This document shows, one piece after another, positions 39,430-52,750 of a DNA stretch of 64,000 nt (position 1 is the stretch's first letter; every line of letters starts with the position of its first letter). Source of the DNA: Octopus sinensis (Eukaryota). Both the position numbers and the translations under genes were made by a program. The stretch is from the NCBI RefSeq assembly GCF_006345805.1, contig NC_043017.1, positions 19,902,001 to 19,966,000 of the forward strand, read 5' to 3'. The notes below the pieces were generated by a model that was given only the letters and a program-made list of their open reading frames with translations, did no database searches and had not been told where the DNA came from.

Positions 39430-41115
39430 CTCTTTTACTTGTTTCAGTCATTTGACTGCAGCCATGCTGGAGCACCACCTTTAGTCGAGTAAATCGATCC
39501 CAGGACTTATTCTTTGTAAGCCTAGTACTTATTCTATCAGCCTCTTTTGCTGAACCGCTAAGTTATGGGGACGTAAACAGACCACCATCGGTTGTCAAGC
39601 AATGCTAGGAGGACAAACACAGACACACATACATATATATATACATATATACGACGGGCTTCTTCCAGCTTCCGTCTACCAAATCCACTCACAAGGCTTT
39701 GGTCGGCCTGAGGCTATAGTAGTGACACTTGCCCATGGTTTCACGCAGTGGGAATGAACCTGGAACTATGTGGTTGGTAAGCAAGCTGCTTACCACACAG
39801 CCATTCCTGTGCCTATATATATATATATATACACACACACACATCTATCATCATCATTATTTAATATCTGCTTTCCATACTGGCATGGGTTAGAAAGTTT
39901 GACTGGAACTGATAAGTAGCAGAGCTTCACCAGGTTCCAGTCTGATTTTGGCTTGGTTTCTACAGCTGGACACGGTTCCTAATGCCAACCACTCTGAGAG
40001 TGTAGTGGGCAGCTTTTACATCCCACCGGCATGGGTGCCAGTTGTGTGACACCAGTATCTGCCACAACTACGATTCCACTTGGTTTGATGGGTCTTCTTC
40101 TCAAGCAGGCATAATGCCCGAAGGTCTCAGACATTTGTCACTGCCTCCATGGGGCCCAACACTCGAAAGGTCCTTTTAATGTCCCACTGGCACATACATA
40201 CATATTTTCAAATGGAAATTGTAGTTGTGATCCCTGTGCCAGTGGCATGTAAAAAGCACCATCAGAACGTGGCAGATACCGATGCCGCTTCAACTGGCTT
40301 CCGTGCCAGTGGCACGTAAAAAGCACCAACCAATCATGGTCGTTGCCACCCTACAAAGGCCCCTGTGTCAGTGGCATGTAAAAAGCACCAACCAATCATG
40401 GTCGTTGCCACCCCACTCTGGCCCCTGTGCCAGAGAATGTAAAAAGCACCCACTACACAGTTGGAGTGGTTGACATTAGGAAGGGCATCCAGCCGTAGAA
40501 ACATTGCCAGATCAGACTGGGCCTGGTGCAGCCTTCTGGCTTCCCAGACCCCAGTTAAACCGTCCAACCCATGCCAGCATGGAAAATGAACGTTAAACGA
40601 TGATGATGATGATGTATGTATAAATGACTCTCATTTTGGTACATGTACCAAATACTGGTCTTCATATTGATTCCAGTCACCAAATTCACTCACAGAGAAT
40701 TATATTTATTGTCATCACTGTCATCATTTAGTGTCCATTTTCCATGCTGGCATGGGTTGCATTGTGTGATAGGAGCTGTCAGGCCAGAGGGCAGCACCAG
40801 GCTGTAGTCATCTGTTTTGGCATGGTTTCTACACCTGGATGTTGTGTGTGTATGTTTGTATGTATGTATGTATATATATATATATGTATGTATATATATA
40901 TATGTATATATATGTATGTGTGTGTGTATATTTGTCCCCTTCCAACATTGCTTGACAACTGATGCTGGTGTGTTTACGTCCTCATAACTTAGCAGTTTGG
41001 CAAAAGAGATCCGATAGAACAAGTACTACCCTTACAAAGAAAAAGTCCTGGGGTCGATTTGCTTGACTAAAAGCAGTGCCCCAGCATGGCCACAGTCAAA
41101 TGACTGAAACAATAA
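39430..41115. mobile_element. SINE cluster: B(-) 39430-39815, C(-) 39848-40190, C(+) 40225-40612 with internal tandem units, C(-) fragment, B tail
   Basis: Family motifs. Confidence 0.85.
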
Positions 41116-41637
41116 AAATACATGAATTTATATATGTATCCTTAAAATCCTTAAAATGTTTTAGCCTGAAGGCCACGGCCATGCTATATATATATATATA
41201 TATATATATGTAGCTGTGTCTGGGGAATATATATACACACTTCTGTATTTCTGAAATAATGCATGCGTGTGGAAAAAATGCAAAATGGTGGTAGGGGTTA
41301 GGGTGGAATTTGCAAAGGAATAAGTAGAGCAGGCTTAGAGAAGGGGATTAGAGCGGATATATTCAGTCTCCCACCCACACACATACACACACACACACAT
41401 GCACAAAGACATATGCATATACACATATAGACAACATGCACATATACATATCAAGACATACATGTATATATACATACATGCATACATATGTGTGTGTATA
41501 TATATATATATATATATGAGTGTATATATATGTACAGATATGCATACACACACACATACAAATATATATATATATGTACACATACACATATATACATGTA
41601 CCCACATAGACAAACATGCACATACACATATTGAGAC

Positions 41638-41684
<47 letters not shown>

Positions 41685-43104
41685 AAGAAACATGATAATA
41701 TACACATGCACACACACACATAAAAAGTCATGTATATGCATACACTCACATGAGCAAACTCCCACATGCAAACATGCATATAAGCATACAGTCACACACA
41801 CACACACACACATTCCCCCAATAGTTACAGGTTTTATTGAACCCCCGGAAACACTTGAGAAAATATCCATTCAAGAGAATAAACTCTCCTAAAAGGATTA
41901 TCATACACTAACACACACACACTTACTTGGGCACACACATACATATACTCACGTACCTGCTCACACACACACACACTAACATGCACATACACGCTACCAG
42001 TCTTACTTATGCAAACACGTGCACATGCACACACACACACACACATACATACATACATAAATACATACATACATACATATATATATATGTATATATATAT
42101 ATATACATACATAAATACATACATGCAGATATATATATATATATATATATACATACATACATACATACATACATACAAACATACATACATACATACATAC
42201 ATACATGCATATATATATATATATATACACACATACATACATGCATATATATATGTATATACATACATAGAGACAGACAGACAGACAGACAGAAGCCTAA
42301 CTTGTTGATCTCTAGATTGAAAGGAGGCTAAACATGGGGAAAGTCAGGATTATCTTGCTGAACGATCAGTAATGAGGAAGGGAGGGAGAGGGGGAGGAGG
42401 CTAAGAGCGAGAGGGGGAGGCTAAGAGAGAGGGGGGTGTAGGGATGGGATAGAGAGGAAGGGGGTAAGTAAAATGAATTTAAATATATGTTTATATATAT
42501 GTGTGTGTGTATAAATGAAGGTGCATTATGTGTGTGAGAGAGTAATATGTGTATGTATATGTGTGTGTGTGTATGTGTGTGCATGCACATGTGTAAGTAT
42601 ATATACATATATACTAAATATATACTAAAATATACACTAAAATATATACTCAAATGGCGGTGCCCCAGCATGGCCACAACTCATGAGCTGAAACTAGATA
42701 AAATAAAATAAAAAAATATATCTAAATATACATATATATATATATAATATATACAATATATATATATGTATATATATATATTATATATATATATATACAC
42801 ACATACATACATGCATATATATATATATATATACACACATACATACATGCATATATATATATATACACACATGCATATATACATTATATACACACATACA
42901 TACAATATACACAGACACACGTATATACATAAACACAGCATGAGTGTGAAATGGTGCCAAAACCGGTGCCAAATGCAATGACTAAGAGAAGAAATTTACT
43001 CTGAGATTCTAAGATAATCTCCGACAGTGACAGGAGGCAAGAAGCTGTGAGATGCTGTTTAACCAGGCATAAAACAATGATGACCATGATGACAATAGGA
43101 CCGA

Positions 43105-43900
43105 TCATCATCACTGTCCGACCGTGGTCGAGACAATGGAATTTACCATGCTACGCCAGACTTCACGGTCCATCATAGCATTACGGAGGTCCTGTTTCTG
43201 GATGCCTGTATCCCTGGAGATCTAACACTTCTGCCAAGCCTTTCCGCCTCTACAACTGGAATGTGACTTTCTTATCAATGCCCCCCGAAAGAAAAGAAAA
43301 TAGCATTATTGGCTTTGATGGGATTTGAACTTAAACAGCAGTGAATTGAAACACGTGTAATGGTGAATAAATAATGCACCCTCTGGTATTGTGAGTAGAT
43401 GGCTTCCAGAGGAGAAGAGTAGAAATTACCTCGTTTTCAGCTCTACAACAATGTCCAGAAAATTGGACTCTCCTACCTTTCACAAGAGCTGACACAGGTG
43501 GTAGTTTCCCATATATTTGCATTTTGGTTGGATGACGCTTCCACGAGAGATTTTGAGCTCTCATAAGGAGGCGAGTGTAGGTTCCATCCAGCCGCCTCTC
43601 AAGCTTCTTTGATAATGTCCAGGTTTCTGAGCCATATAGTAGAATTGGTTCGACTGTGGCATTGGAGATTTCAAGTTTGAAGTCTCTACTTGATTTGATG
43701 ACCAGATCTTATGCATGTCATTACAGGCTGACCAGGCCATACCCTTTCTAGTTAGAAAATCTTTTCTAGATGATATGTATGACCCAAAATATTTGTAATC
43801 AGAAACCATATTTAAGGGCGCATTGTTGAGAGTATGGATGATGCAATCACTGTTGGACAGGCACTTGTTTATAGGAACGATACAGACAGGATCCTGTCTG
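43105..43900 (-). mobile_element. RTE-clade LINE 3' portion (end of RT to stop), with frameshifts and an inserted foreign segment
   Basis: DYKYFGSYISS...RKGMAWSAC...LLYGSETWTL...LMRAQNLSWKRH...FSGHCCRA...LLWKP...RDTGIQKQDLRNAMMDREVWR; (GAT)n tail. Confidence 0.9.
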
Positions 43901-44130
43901 TCAGTGTTGACCATGGTTCTGCATTGTCGTGGGCAACCCTGGTCAAGGATGTCTGGTAGAAGACCAGTAGTAGCCTGTCTTCTCTGATCCTCATTGCTTA
44001 ATGTCCATTTTCCATGCTGGTATGGGTTAGATGGCTTGACAGGAGTTAGCAAGCTGGAGGACTGTGTCAAGATCCATTGTTTTGGCACAGTTTTTTTTTT
44101 TTTTTGCTTGTTGCCCTTTTTAACATCAAT

Positions 44131-44530
44131 CACTTTACTGAGTGGACTGGCTGCTTTTTATGGGGAACTAGCACTGGTGAGGCATATTTTGGCAAGGTTT
44201 TTATAGCTGAATACCCTTCTTAACACCAACTACTTTACAGGGTAGACTGAGTGACTGTTAAGTGGCACCAGCCCCATTGAGGTCTGCTTTAGCATGGTTT
44301 TTATGGCTGGATGCTCTTCCAAATGCCAACCACTTTACAGAGTGGACTGGGTGTTCTTTATGGGGAACTGGTACCAGTGAGGTCTGCTTTGGCATGGTTT
44401 TACAGATGGATGTCCTTCCAAATGCCAACCCCTTTACAGAGTGGACTGGGTGTTCTTTATGGGGAACTGGTACCAATGAGGTCTGCTTTGGCATGGATGT
44501 CCTTCCAAATGCCAACCTCTTTACAGAGTA
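44131..44530 (-). repeat. About 100-bp tandem units derived from SINE family C
   Basis: cactttacagagtggactgg-like blocks at 44131, 44231, 44331 and 44430. Confidence 0.8.
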
Positions 44531-44932
44531 TAATGGATCCTTTTCATGGGGAACATTTTTTTACATGATACCAGCACCAGTGTGGTACCACTGCCTTAGG
44601 ACCAATACAGCTTAGTATCAGTACCATTGCAGGCACTACTGTATGAATGGAAAGATCCATGAGCAAACACCACAAGGTATCTGGTCTGATTTTCTATCTC
44701 TGGATTGTATTTTGCTTACTGACTCCCCAAATATAAAAAATAAAAAAGCAAAATTGATATTAGTTGGATTTGAACTCAGACTACAGGGAGTTGAAACAAA
44801 CACCATCTCATCTGATGATCTAACACTTCTACCAATCCTTTCCACCTCTATAACTAGATTGTGACTTTCTTATCAATGGCCCCTGAAAGAAAAGAAAATG
44901 GTATTATTGACTTTGATGGGATTTGAACTTAA

Positions 44933-45141
44933 CCCTTTAGTGTTCAGATTATTCAATCAAACATAATGCCTTTTGATTCCCATTGATTTGAATTAATCAT
45001 GCATTATCTCATATCTTCAAGATCTTGATGGTGTAATTACCTAATGTAGAATAACATTGTAGGGTAGGTGTGAGAGCCTGGATCTGGTCAGTTTGAACAT
45101 AAAACAGATTAACTATTTTGGCCGGTTTAAATACTAAAGGG
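44933..45141. mobile_element. piggyBac-type MITE, 209 bp, TTAA TSD
   Basis: TTAA-ccctttag...ctaaaggg-TTAA; the empty TTAA site is visible in the paralogous segment at 43331-43334. Confidence 0.92.
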
Positions 45142-45548
45142 TTAAACAGCAGTGAATTGAAATACGTGTAATGGTGAATAAATAATGCCAAAAAAATTTT
45201 CCAATCTCTTGTTTCGATATTACTACTCTGCAGAAAACATTTTCCAGTATTTTCTAACTATTATGCATGCTTCACACAAATATGACATTCTGCATATGGA
45301 TTTAGAATACTGGAATAAGCAGATAGGCTTCAAGAGAAGAACACAGATTGGATTTTAACTCTGTATACACACACACACACACACACAGCCAGTTAAGATG
45401 GAGTGCTTGATAAAATCTCTAGTTAAAAATTTGCAATTGAAAAATACAAGCAACATTAGTTATTGAACGAAGCATATTTATGTGTAAATCTAAAAAGATA
45501 TATGTACATATATCTTAGCTGTTAACAATTTATTCGTGTTTATGAGTG

Positions 45549-45587
<39 letters not shown>

Positions 45588-46059
45588 ATGTATAAGTATA
45601 CATAATGCATGCATAGAGACAAGGGGGAGGGAGGGTAAAAAGAACATTTCTGACAAGATATAATGATGTATTTACCAAAATCATACACGCATGCATACTT
45701 AAATCACATACACACACACACACGTACACATATGTGCACGCATGTCCACAGACACAGATACATAGATTAGAACATGGCCAAACGCTGCCAGTTTTAGCTA
45801 TAAAAATCTATAAATGTTTGGATCGTACTTGTAAGAACAGCGTAAAATGTTCACTCAAATTGTAACCAACCATCACGATTGGAAAGAAATGGGGGGAGGG
45901 AGTGGATGGGTATGAGGAACACATTGGATAAAGTAGTCTGGAGAGATGGGGATGGTCATGGCTGGAGTGCCTTTGTTCCGCCAAAGATCTGCATCTCTGA
46001 TGGCTGACCTGGGACTTCACAACATGTGTCTTATATTTCATCTGATCTTTTACTGATCT

Positions 46060-46390
46060 GATCAGTCATTGGACTGTGGCCATGCTGGGGCACCACCTTC
46101 AAGAACTGACCACAGGACTTGTTTTGTTTTAAGCCTTGCACTTATTCTATTGGTCACTTTTGCCAAGCTGCTAAGTTATGGGGAACAACCAACACTAGTT
46201 GCCAAGCGATGGAAGGGAAGGGACACACACAGTCTTCTTTCAGTTTCTGTCAATAAAATCCACTCACAAGACTTTACATAACCTGGGGCTAAAGTAGAAG
46301 ACACATGCCCAAGGTTCCACGGAGTGGAACTGAACCAGGAACCATGTGGTTGGGAAACAAACTTCTAACCAAACAGCTGTGCCTATGCCT
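46060..46390 (-). mobile_element. SINE family B (diverged)
   Basis: Family motifs. Confidence 0.8.
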
Positions 46391-46416
46391 ACATATCTAA
46401 ACTCTCTCTCTCTCTC

Positions 46417-46457
<41 letters not shown>

Positions 46458-46506
46458 CGATTTTTTTTCCTCTGTCTTCCCTTCTCTGGATCTTTCCTTC
46501 TCCTAT

Positions 46507-46541
46507 GTTTCCGACGAAGAGCTCTGCTCGAAACGTTAAAC
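46507..46541 (+). ncRNA. Minimal hammerhead motif, CCGACGA variant (family H1 element 46457-46580)
   Basis: GUUU-CCGACGA-A-GAGC-UCU-GCUC-GAAACGUU-AAAC. Confidence 0.5.
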
Positions 46542-46586
46542 CTTCCTTCTTCCCTTCCTTCCTGAGCGTCCAATAATACTATATTT

Positions 46587-47021
46587 GGCTCTCCGTGCCA
46601 GTGGAACATAAAAAGCACCATCCGAACATGGCCAATACCAGTGCTGCCTTAATGGCTCCCCGTGCCAGTGGCACATAAAAAGCACCATCCGAACATGGCC
46701 AATACCAGTGCCGCCTGACTGGCTCCCCGTGCCAGTGACACATAAAAAGCACCATCCGAACAAGGCCAATACCAGTGCTGCCTGACTGGCTCCCCGTGCC
46801 AGTGGCACATAAAAAGCACCAGCCGAACATGGTCAATACCAGTGCTGCCTTACTGGCTCCCTGTGCCAGTGGCACATAAAAAGCACTATCCGAACATGGC
46901 CAATACCAGTGCCACTTGACTGGCTCCCCGTGCCAGTGGCACATAAAAAGCACCATCCGAACATGACCAATACCAGTTCCGCCTTACTGGCTCCCCGTTC
47001 TGGTGGCACGTAAAAAGCACC
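46587..47021 (+). repeat. 67-bp minisatellite, 6.5 copies, forming the 5' part of a SINE C copy (to about 47155)
   Basis: Units start at 46587, 46654, 46721 ... 46989; each has palindromic gtgccagtggcac followed by ataaaaagcacc. Confidence 0.95.
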
Positions 47022-47549
47022 CACTCTAACCAGCTGTAGAAACCTTGCCAGATCAGATTAGGGCCTTGTGTAACCTCCTGGCTTGCCAGTCCCAAGTCAA
47101 ACCATCCAACCCATGCCAGCATGGAAAACGAACGTTAAACGATGACGAAAACGATATGTATGTATATACATATGTATACACACGCAGACATATCTGTACA
47201 CACGCAGATATAACTGTACACATGCATGTACGCAAGACTCACAGTTTACTTAAATGGGAAAGAGAGATTTGTGCTTGTTCTGAACACTGCTTCTGACAGA
47301 CACACATCTAGAACTTTCCTTGTTCAATAAATAAACTCCATTCAGTCGACATTCTGACCTCTGTTCTAATAATCATTATTGATATTTTTCATAATATTAC
47401 ACCAAGTATTTCAAATGTGGCTATTATTTTTCTTCTTCATTTAGTCTCTCCTATTTAGACATACAGTTTGGTAAATATTTGGGGAACATACATACATACA
47501 TAAAGATATATATATATATACATACGCACACACATATACACATACAGAT

Positions 47550-47584
<35 letters not shown>

Positions 47585-47668
47585 TACAGTTTGGTAAATA
47601 TTTGGAGAACATACATACATAAAGATATATATATACATATGCACATACATATACAGATACATACAGAT

Positions 47669-47705
<37 letters not shown>

Positions 47706-48576
47706 GATATATACTATCATCATTATCATTTAATGTCTATCTTCCATGCCAGGATGGGTATACATACACTTTCATACACACACACATATATATATACACA
47801 TATACATACGTACATATATACATACACATACATACATGCATACACTTTTATACACACATATATATACACATTCACACACAATCTATACACACATACTACA
47901 CATACACACAAATGTATGTACTAGAAAGAGAGAGAGAAGGCAAGAGGGAAGGAGAGAGAGAGGGAAGGAGGAGAGAGAGTGAGAGAGAGAGAGAGAATGA
48001 GAGAGGGAGAGAGATGTAGAGATGGAACTGAAGTTGGCAGATTCATTGAAATGTCAGACAACTGCCTTTGTCTGCATTGTGTGTTCAGATCTCAACTGTG
48101 CCTTTTGTCCTCCTTGGGTCAATACATAACGTACCAGTGGAGCACAGTAGAGTGCTGGAAACTTTAGAACATCAGAAGAGATACCTTGTGGTATTTTAAT
48201 CCAACTCTTTGCATATGTAGGGAGCAGGTAGATTATTCCCTCGCCTAGTTTAACACCATGTCCCCAGTTGGCACTTAGGGCTACTTTTAGTAGAGTCCAT
48301 TCTGTTGCAGGAATTCATGCCAGGTTTCCAGTTTGAAAATATCTTCTCTTCTCCTTCCTTCCCTCTCACCAGTCACAGAGACCCTTTAAAGGGCCCATGC
48401 CTTTGAACTGCATTTTCATTATTGGAGAAGAGATGGAACATGCAAATTAGTAAATCCAGTTCACTCTGGCTACTGGAATTGTTGAGTATATAAACAGATT
48501 AGCATCTCGTCCATAAGTGCAGAAACGAGATTTGCTTAGGAGACACAAACCCAGTTTTTCAGGAGAATCTCTCTCT

Positions 48577-48825
48577 CTATCCGCTCAGTCGAAGTTGACT
48601 CTCGGTCACTCGTTGGATCAGTGTCCTCCAGTCAGTTCTATCCTGGGCCACTTCTTTCAGATTGGCTATGTCCATTCCAATATCACTCTTGATGGTGTCA
48701 AGCCAGCGGGTTCTTGGTTGGCCTCTTCCTCTCTTACCACTGACCATTCCGAGCATGATGTCCTTCTCCAGGGATTTTCTCCGCATAATATGACTGAATA
48801 TTCAGGAGAATAGTCAAAGCATATT
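48577..48825 (-). mobile_element. BovB-like RTE LINE C-terminus
   Basis: MRRKSLEKDIMLGMVSGKRGRGQPRTRWLDTIKSDIGMDIANLKEVAQDRTDWRTLIQRVTESQLRLSG*. Confidence 0.9.
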
Positions 48826-49047
48826 CATTCCCTACCAAAAATGTTAAGGGGTGCACTTTCACCCCTTGCACCTCCTCTTCCCAAACCTATGAGCTTGTTT
48901 CTCCGAGAGTGGTCTAAACTGATGTAAACAGCTCTGATGAAAATCCAATAAGGTTCGGAAACCAATTAAGGTTCTTCGTAATTTTTTTCAATCGAAGGAG
49001 AAACAGCAAAATGAACTGTTTACATTACCTGCTGTGTAGGTTACATA

Positions 49048-49259
49048 TCGTTAGCACGCCGGGTGAAATGCGTAGCCGTATTTCGTCTGTCGTTACGTCG
49101 TGAGTTCAAATTCCGCCGAGGTCGACTTTGCCTTTCATCCTTTCGGGGTCGATAAATAAAGTACCAGTTACACACTGGGGTCGATGTAATCGACTTAATC
49201 CGTTTGTCTGTCCTTGTTTGTCCCCTCTATGTTTAACCCCTTGTGGGCAATAAAGAAAT
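49048..49259 (+). mobile_element. Young SINE family A with the long LINE-like tail
   Basis: CpG-rich; ends ccccttgtgggcaataaagaaat. Confidence 0.9.
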
Positions 49260-49887
49260 ATATATTACATCATACCTCGATTCTGTGTGGACTGAGATCT
49301 CTGAGGAGGGGCCCCTGATATTTAAAAACCAAGCGTTCACACAGAATATGCTAATTAGTATCACCAGTATTCTGTAGTCATTGTAATTGTTTAATATAGA
49401 ATCAGATTGGCTGATGGTTTCTTTGGGATTGTTCCAAACTGATGTAGATGTCTCTGATAAGATTTGAAAATCAATTAAAGTTGCTCGTTTTTTTGCAGTC
49501 TTCAGCTAAATTAGCTTTGTTTATAAATGGAACCCCAACCCTAACCCTAGTGTGGTTCCTGGTCTTGCCAGCTCCTGTCAAACTGTCCAACCCATGCCAG
49601 TATTGAAAACGGATGTTAAATGATGATGACGACGACCACATACATTAATATATATAAATATATGTGTGTGTGCCCTTGTTTTGACACCATATAATGATTG
49701 TAAATGAGCATCACACACACATACTTACATCATCATGTCATCATTACCATTCTACAAGACCTTTTGTCGCATGGGTTCTCTGAGAGCACTGTTCAAAGGT
49801 CTGATGCCTTTCTTGTCACCGACACTTTTAGAGATACCTTCAGTACACAAGCACACACTGTATCTGTTCTAATACCAGGAGATTATG

Positions 49888-50138
49888 GCTTCTGTGCTGG
49901 TGGCATGTAAAAAGCACCAACCGATCGTGGCTGCTGCCAGCCTCCCCTGGCACATAAAAAGCACCCACTACACTCACGGAGTGGTTGGTGTTAGGAAGGA
50001 CATCCAGCTGTAGAAACACTGCCAGATCAGACTGGAGTCTGGTGCAGCCTCCTGGCTTCCCAGACCCCAGTTGAACCGTCCAACCCGTGCTAGCACGGAA
50101 AATGGATGTTAAACGATGATGATGATGATGATGATGAT
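49888..50138 (+). mobile_element. SINE family C
   Basis: Family motifs and (GAT)n tail. Confidence 0.9.
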
Positions 50139-50305
50139 ATAGTGAAGTATATTTGCCATTTAAATATGGCTAACCCCTAAGGGTGGATGCTACTGCAGCT
50201 TGTAGCCCCAAGAGGACACCTCCTCCAGCTGGCTATTGACACACTTTCTGTGCCCTATCAGTATTTGCAAAGGGAAGCCATCCTTCCCGTCTTCAACCTA
50301 TGATA

Positions 50306-50350
50306 CACACAGACTCGAGTTTCTGAGTATTGAACCGTCATCAGCGTGTG
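50306..50350 (-). ncRNA. Type I hammerhead ribozyme motif with GUC site (family H3 element about 50140-50450)
   Basis: CACACG-CUGAUGA-CGGUUCAAUACUCA-GAAAC-UCGA-GUC-UGUGUG. 6-bp stem I, palindromic ACUCGAGU stem III, imperfect stem II. Confidence 0.75.
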
Positions 50351-50713
50351 ACAACCACAGTTGTCGATGAAAAGTAGGTTCTCTTTGCAAATATATATCC
50401 TTTTTCCAGTGTAGCATACCAATATGCCTGGTTCAATTACTGATGTTTCCTGCTTTTTACAATTGCAAATTTTTAACTAGAGATTTTATCAAGCTGTGTA
50501 ACTTATCTAGCTGTGTGTGTGTGTGTACATTAAGTGGACAGAGTTAAAATCCAAGATCTGTTCTCTTGAAGCCCATCTGCTTATTCCAGTATTAGGGTCA
50601 GTTTTGGAATGGTTTCTATGGCTGGATGCCTTTCCAAATGCTGACCACTTCACAGAATATTATACACACACATACACACATATATCCTGATTATCTGTAT
50701 TCTAAACCCCGAC

Positions 50714-50911
50714 CAGTGGTCCTTAACTGCAGTTCTCAAGGTCACACGAGGCCCTCAAGCATCCTTCCAGTGACCCCTGACAGTCTTCCCTCTATAAATA
50801 TAATTTTTTCTTTAATTGATTTGTATTTTACTTATTTTTTAGTGCTGGCCCCCTAAAGAAAATCTAGGTTTTGGATCAGGCCCAGACATCAAAAAAGGTT
50901 GAGAACCCCTG
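50714..50911. mobile_element. hAT-type MITE (degenerate)
   Basis: Termini cagtggtccttaac / gttgagaacccctg; the 8-bp TSD is not clean. A similar end occurs at about 19730-19747. Confidence 0.55.
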
Positions 50912-52202
50912 CCCTAAACTGTCTCCTCTAGCATTTATAAAATTATCTATTGCCATTCTTTTACTGAAGTATTTGGGTGACCTCTACTGACCAATGAAAT
51001 CCCCTGGCCCTCTTCCCAAATGCTCTCACTTAGAAGCCCTTTTTAAATTCACCTCATTCTGACTGTTCATCTGAAGATGTAGGCACTAATCTATGCCTCT
51101 GAAATTTTGAGTAATGTGGAATCAAGTTGGCCTTCCGTTACATGTTTAATACATGAACTATAAGTGTTGAGTGCTACCTTCTTTTGGTTGCATGTCTAAC
51201 CTTGCTCAAGAAGATACAATGCATGGAATTAGGGTCAGTTTGGGAATGGTTTCTATGGCTGGATGCCTTCCCAAATGCTAACCACTTTACAGAATATTAT
51301 ACACACACATACATATGTATATCCTGATTATCTGTAATCTAAGATTATGTATGGGGACATAAACAAACCGACACCAGTTTAAGAAGAGGTGGATGGGTAA
51401 CAAATGGACACAAAGACGCACACACATAAACATTAATAGATACACACACTCACACATGTATATATATATATATACATGACGGGCTTCCACACAGTTTCTA
51501 CCACTCACAAGGCTTTGGTTGGCATGCAGCTGCAGTAGGAGACACTTGACCAAGATGTCATGCAGTGGGACTGAACCTGAAACCTTGTGGTTTGAAAGTC
51601 AGATTCTCAAGCACATAGCTATACCATGCCTACACCTATTAATATAATATACACACATACAAATTTATATACATGCCATAGACACAAAGGCCATATATAT
51701 AGAGATATATGTATGTATGTATGTGTCTATGTCTACCTGGTGTTCTAGGTGAGACAGTGAAGTTAGCAATATGTTGACTAGACTGCCGTAATCAATTGCC
51801 ACATTGTAACTAGGTGTCTGTCTGTCTGTCTTACCTATGACGGCATATATTATTTGCAACACCTGCATCTCTAATGAATATACATAGGTAATTATGTAGG
51901 TAGCCGCTAAGTGTGGTGGTGTCTATATATATATTAAATATATATATATATATATATTATTATATATATATATATCAACACTCGAAGTATAATTTATATG
52001 TTTACAGCATACGTCTAATGTTATAGGTAAAATATATCATTAACATGTGTGTACACAACGTGTGTGAATGTAACTCTCCTCTCTAGAAATATACAATACA
52101 TATATATATATGTGTGTGGTGTGTGTGTTAGAGAGTGGTAGATACATGCATGCTTGGATGGTCACAGATACACAATATTATATGTATATATGAATGTAGC
52201 CA

Positions 52203-52233
<31 letters not shown>

Positions 52234-52270
52234 TTACATATATGTGTGTGTATATATATGTGTGTGTGTG

Positions 52271-52331
<61 letters not shown>

Positions 52332-52500
52332 CTGTCTATATATGAGTCTGGTGCAGCCTTCCAGCGTGCCAGCCCAGTCAAACCGTCCAACCCATGCCAG
52401 AGCATGGCCAACGGACATATGATGATGATGATGACATATATATATATATACGTATGTGTGTTTGTGTGTGTGTGTATTATATATATATATACACACATAC

Positions 52501-52550
<50 letters not shown>

Positions 52551-52711
52551 TTGTGTGACGTCTATATTAATCATTACAAGATGAATTTATAAAACAGACA
52601 ACAGCCATCTCGAAGAATATAACGCTTCCTCCAACACACACATATACACACAAAGGAAGAGACTAGAGACACACAGACACAACAACTTCTCCTCCCTCTC
52701 TCACACACACG

Positions 52712-52750
<39 letters not shown>

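Noticed and set aside
46587-47021. CRISPR-like array (palindromic repeat at regular spacing)
   Set aside because: The intervening sequences are near-identical rather than unique spacers, there are no cas genes, and the array is part of a SINE in eukaryotic DNA.
49533-49550. Telomeric (CCCTAA)n
   Set aside because: Only about two units, which is expected by chance.
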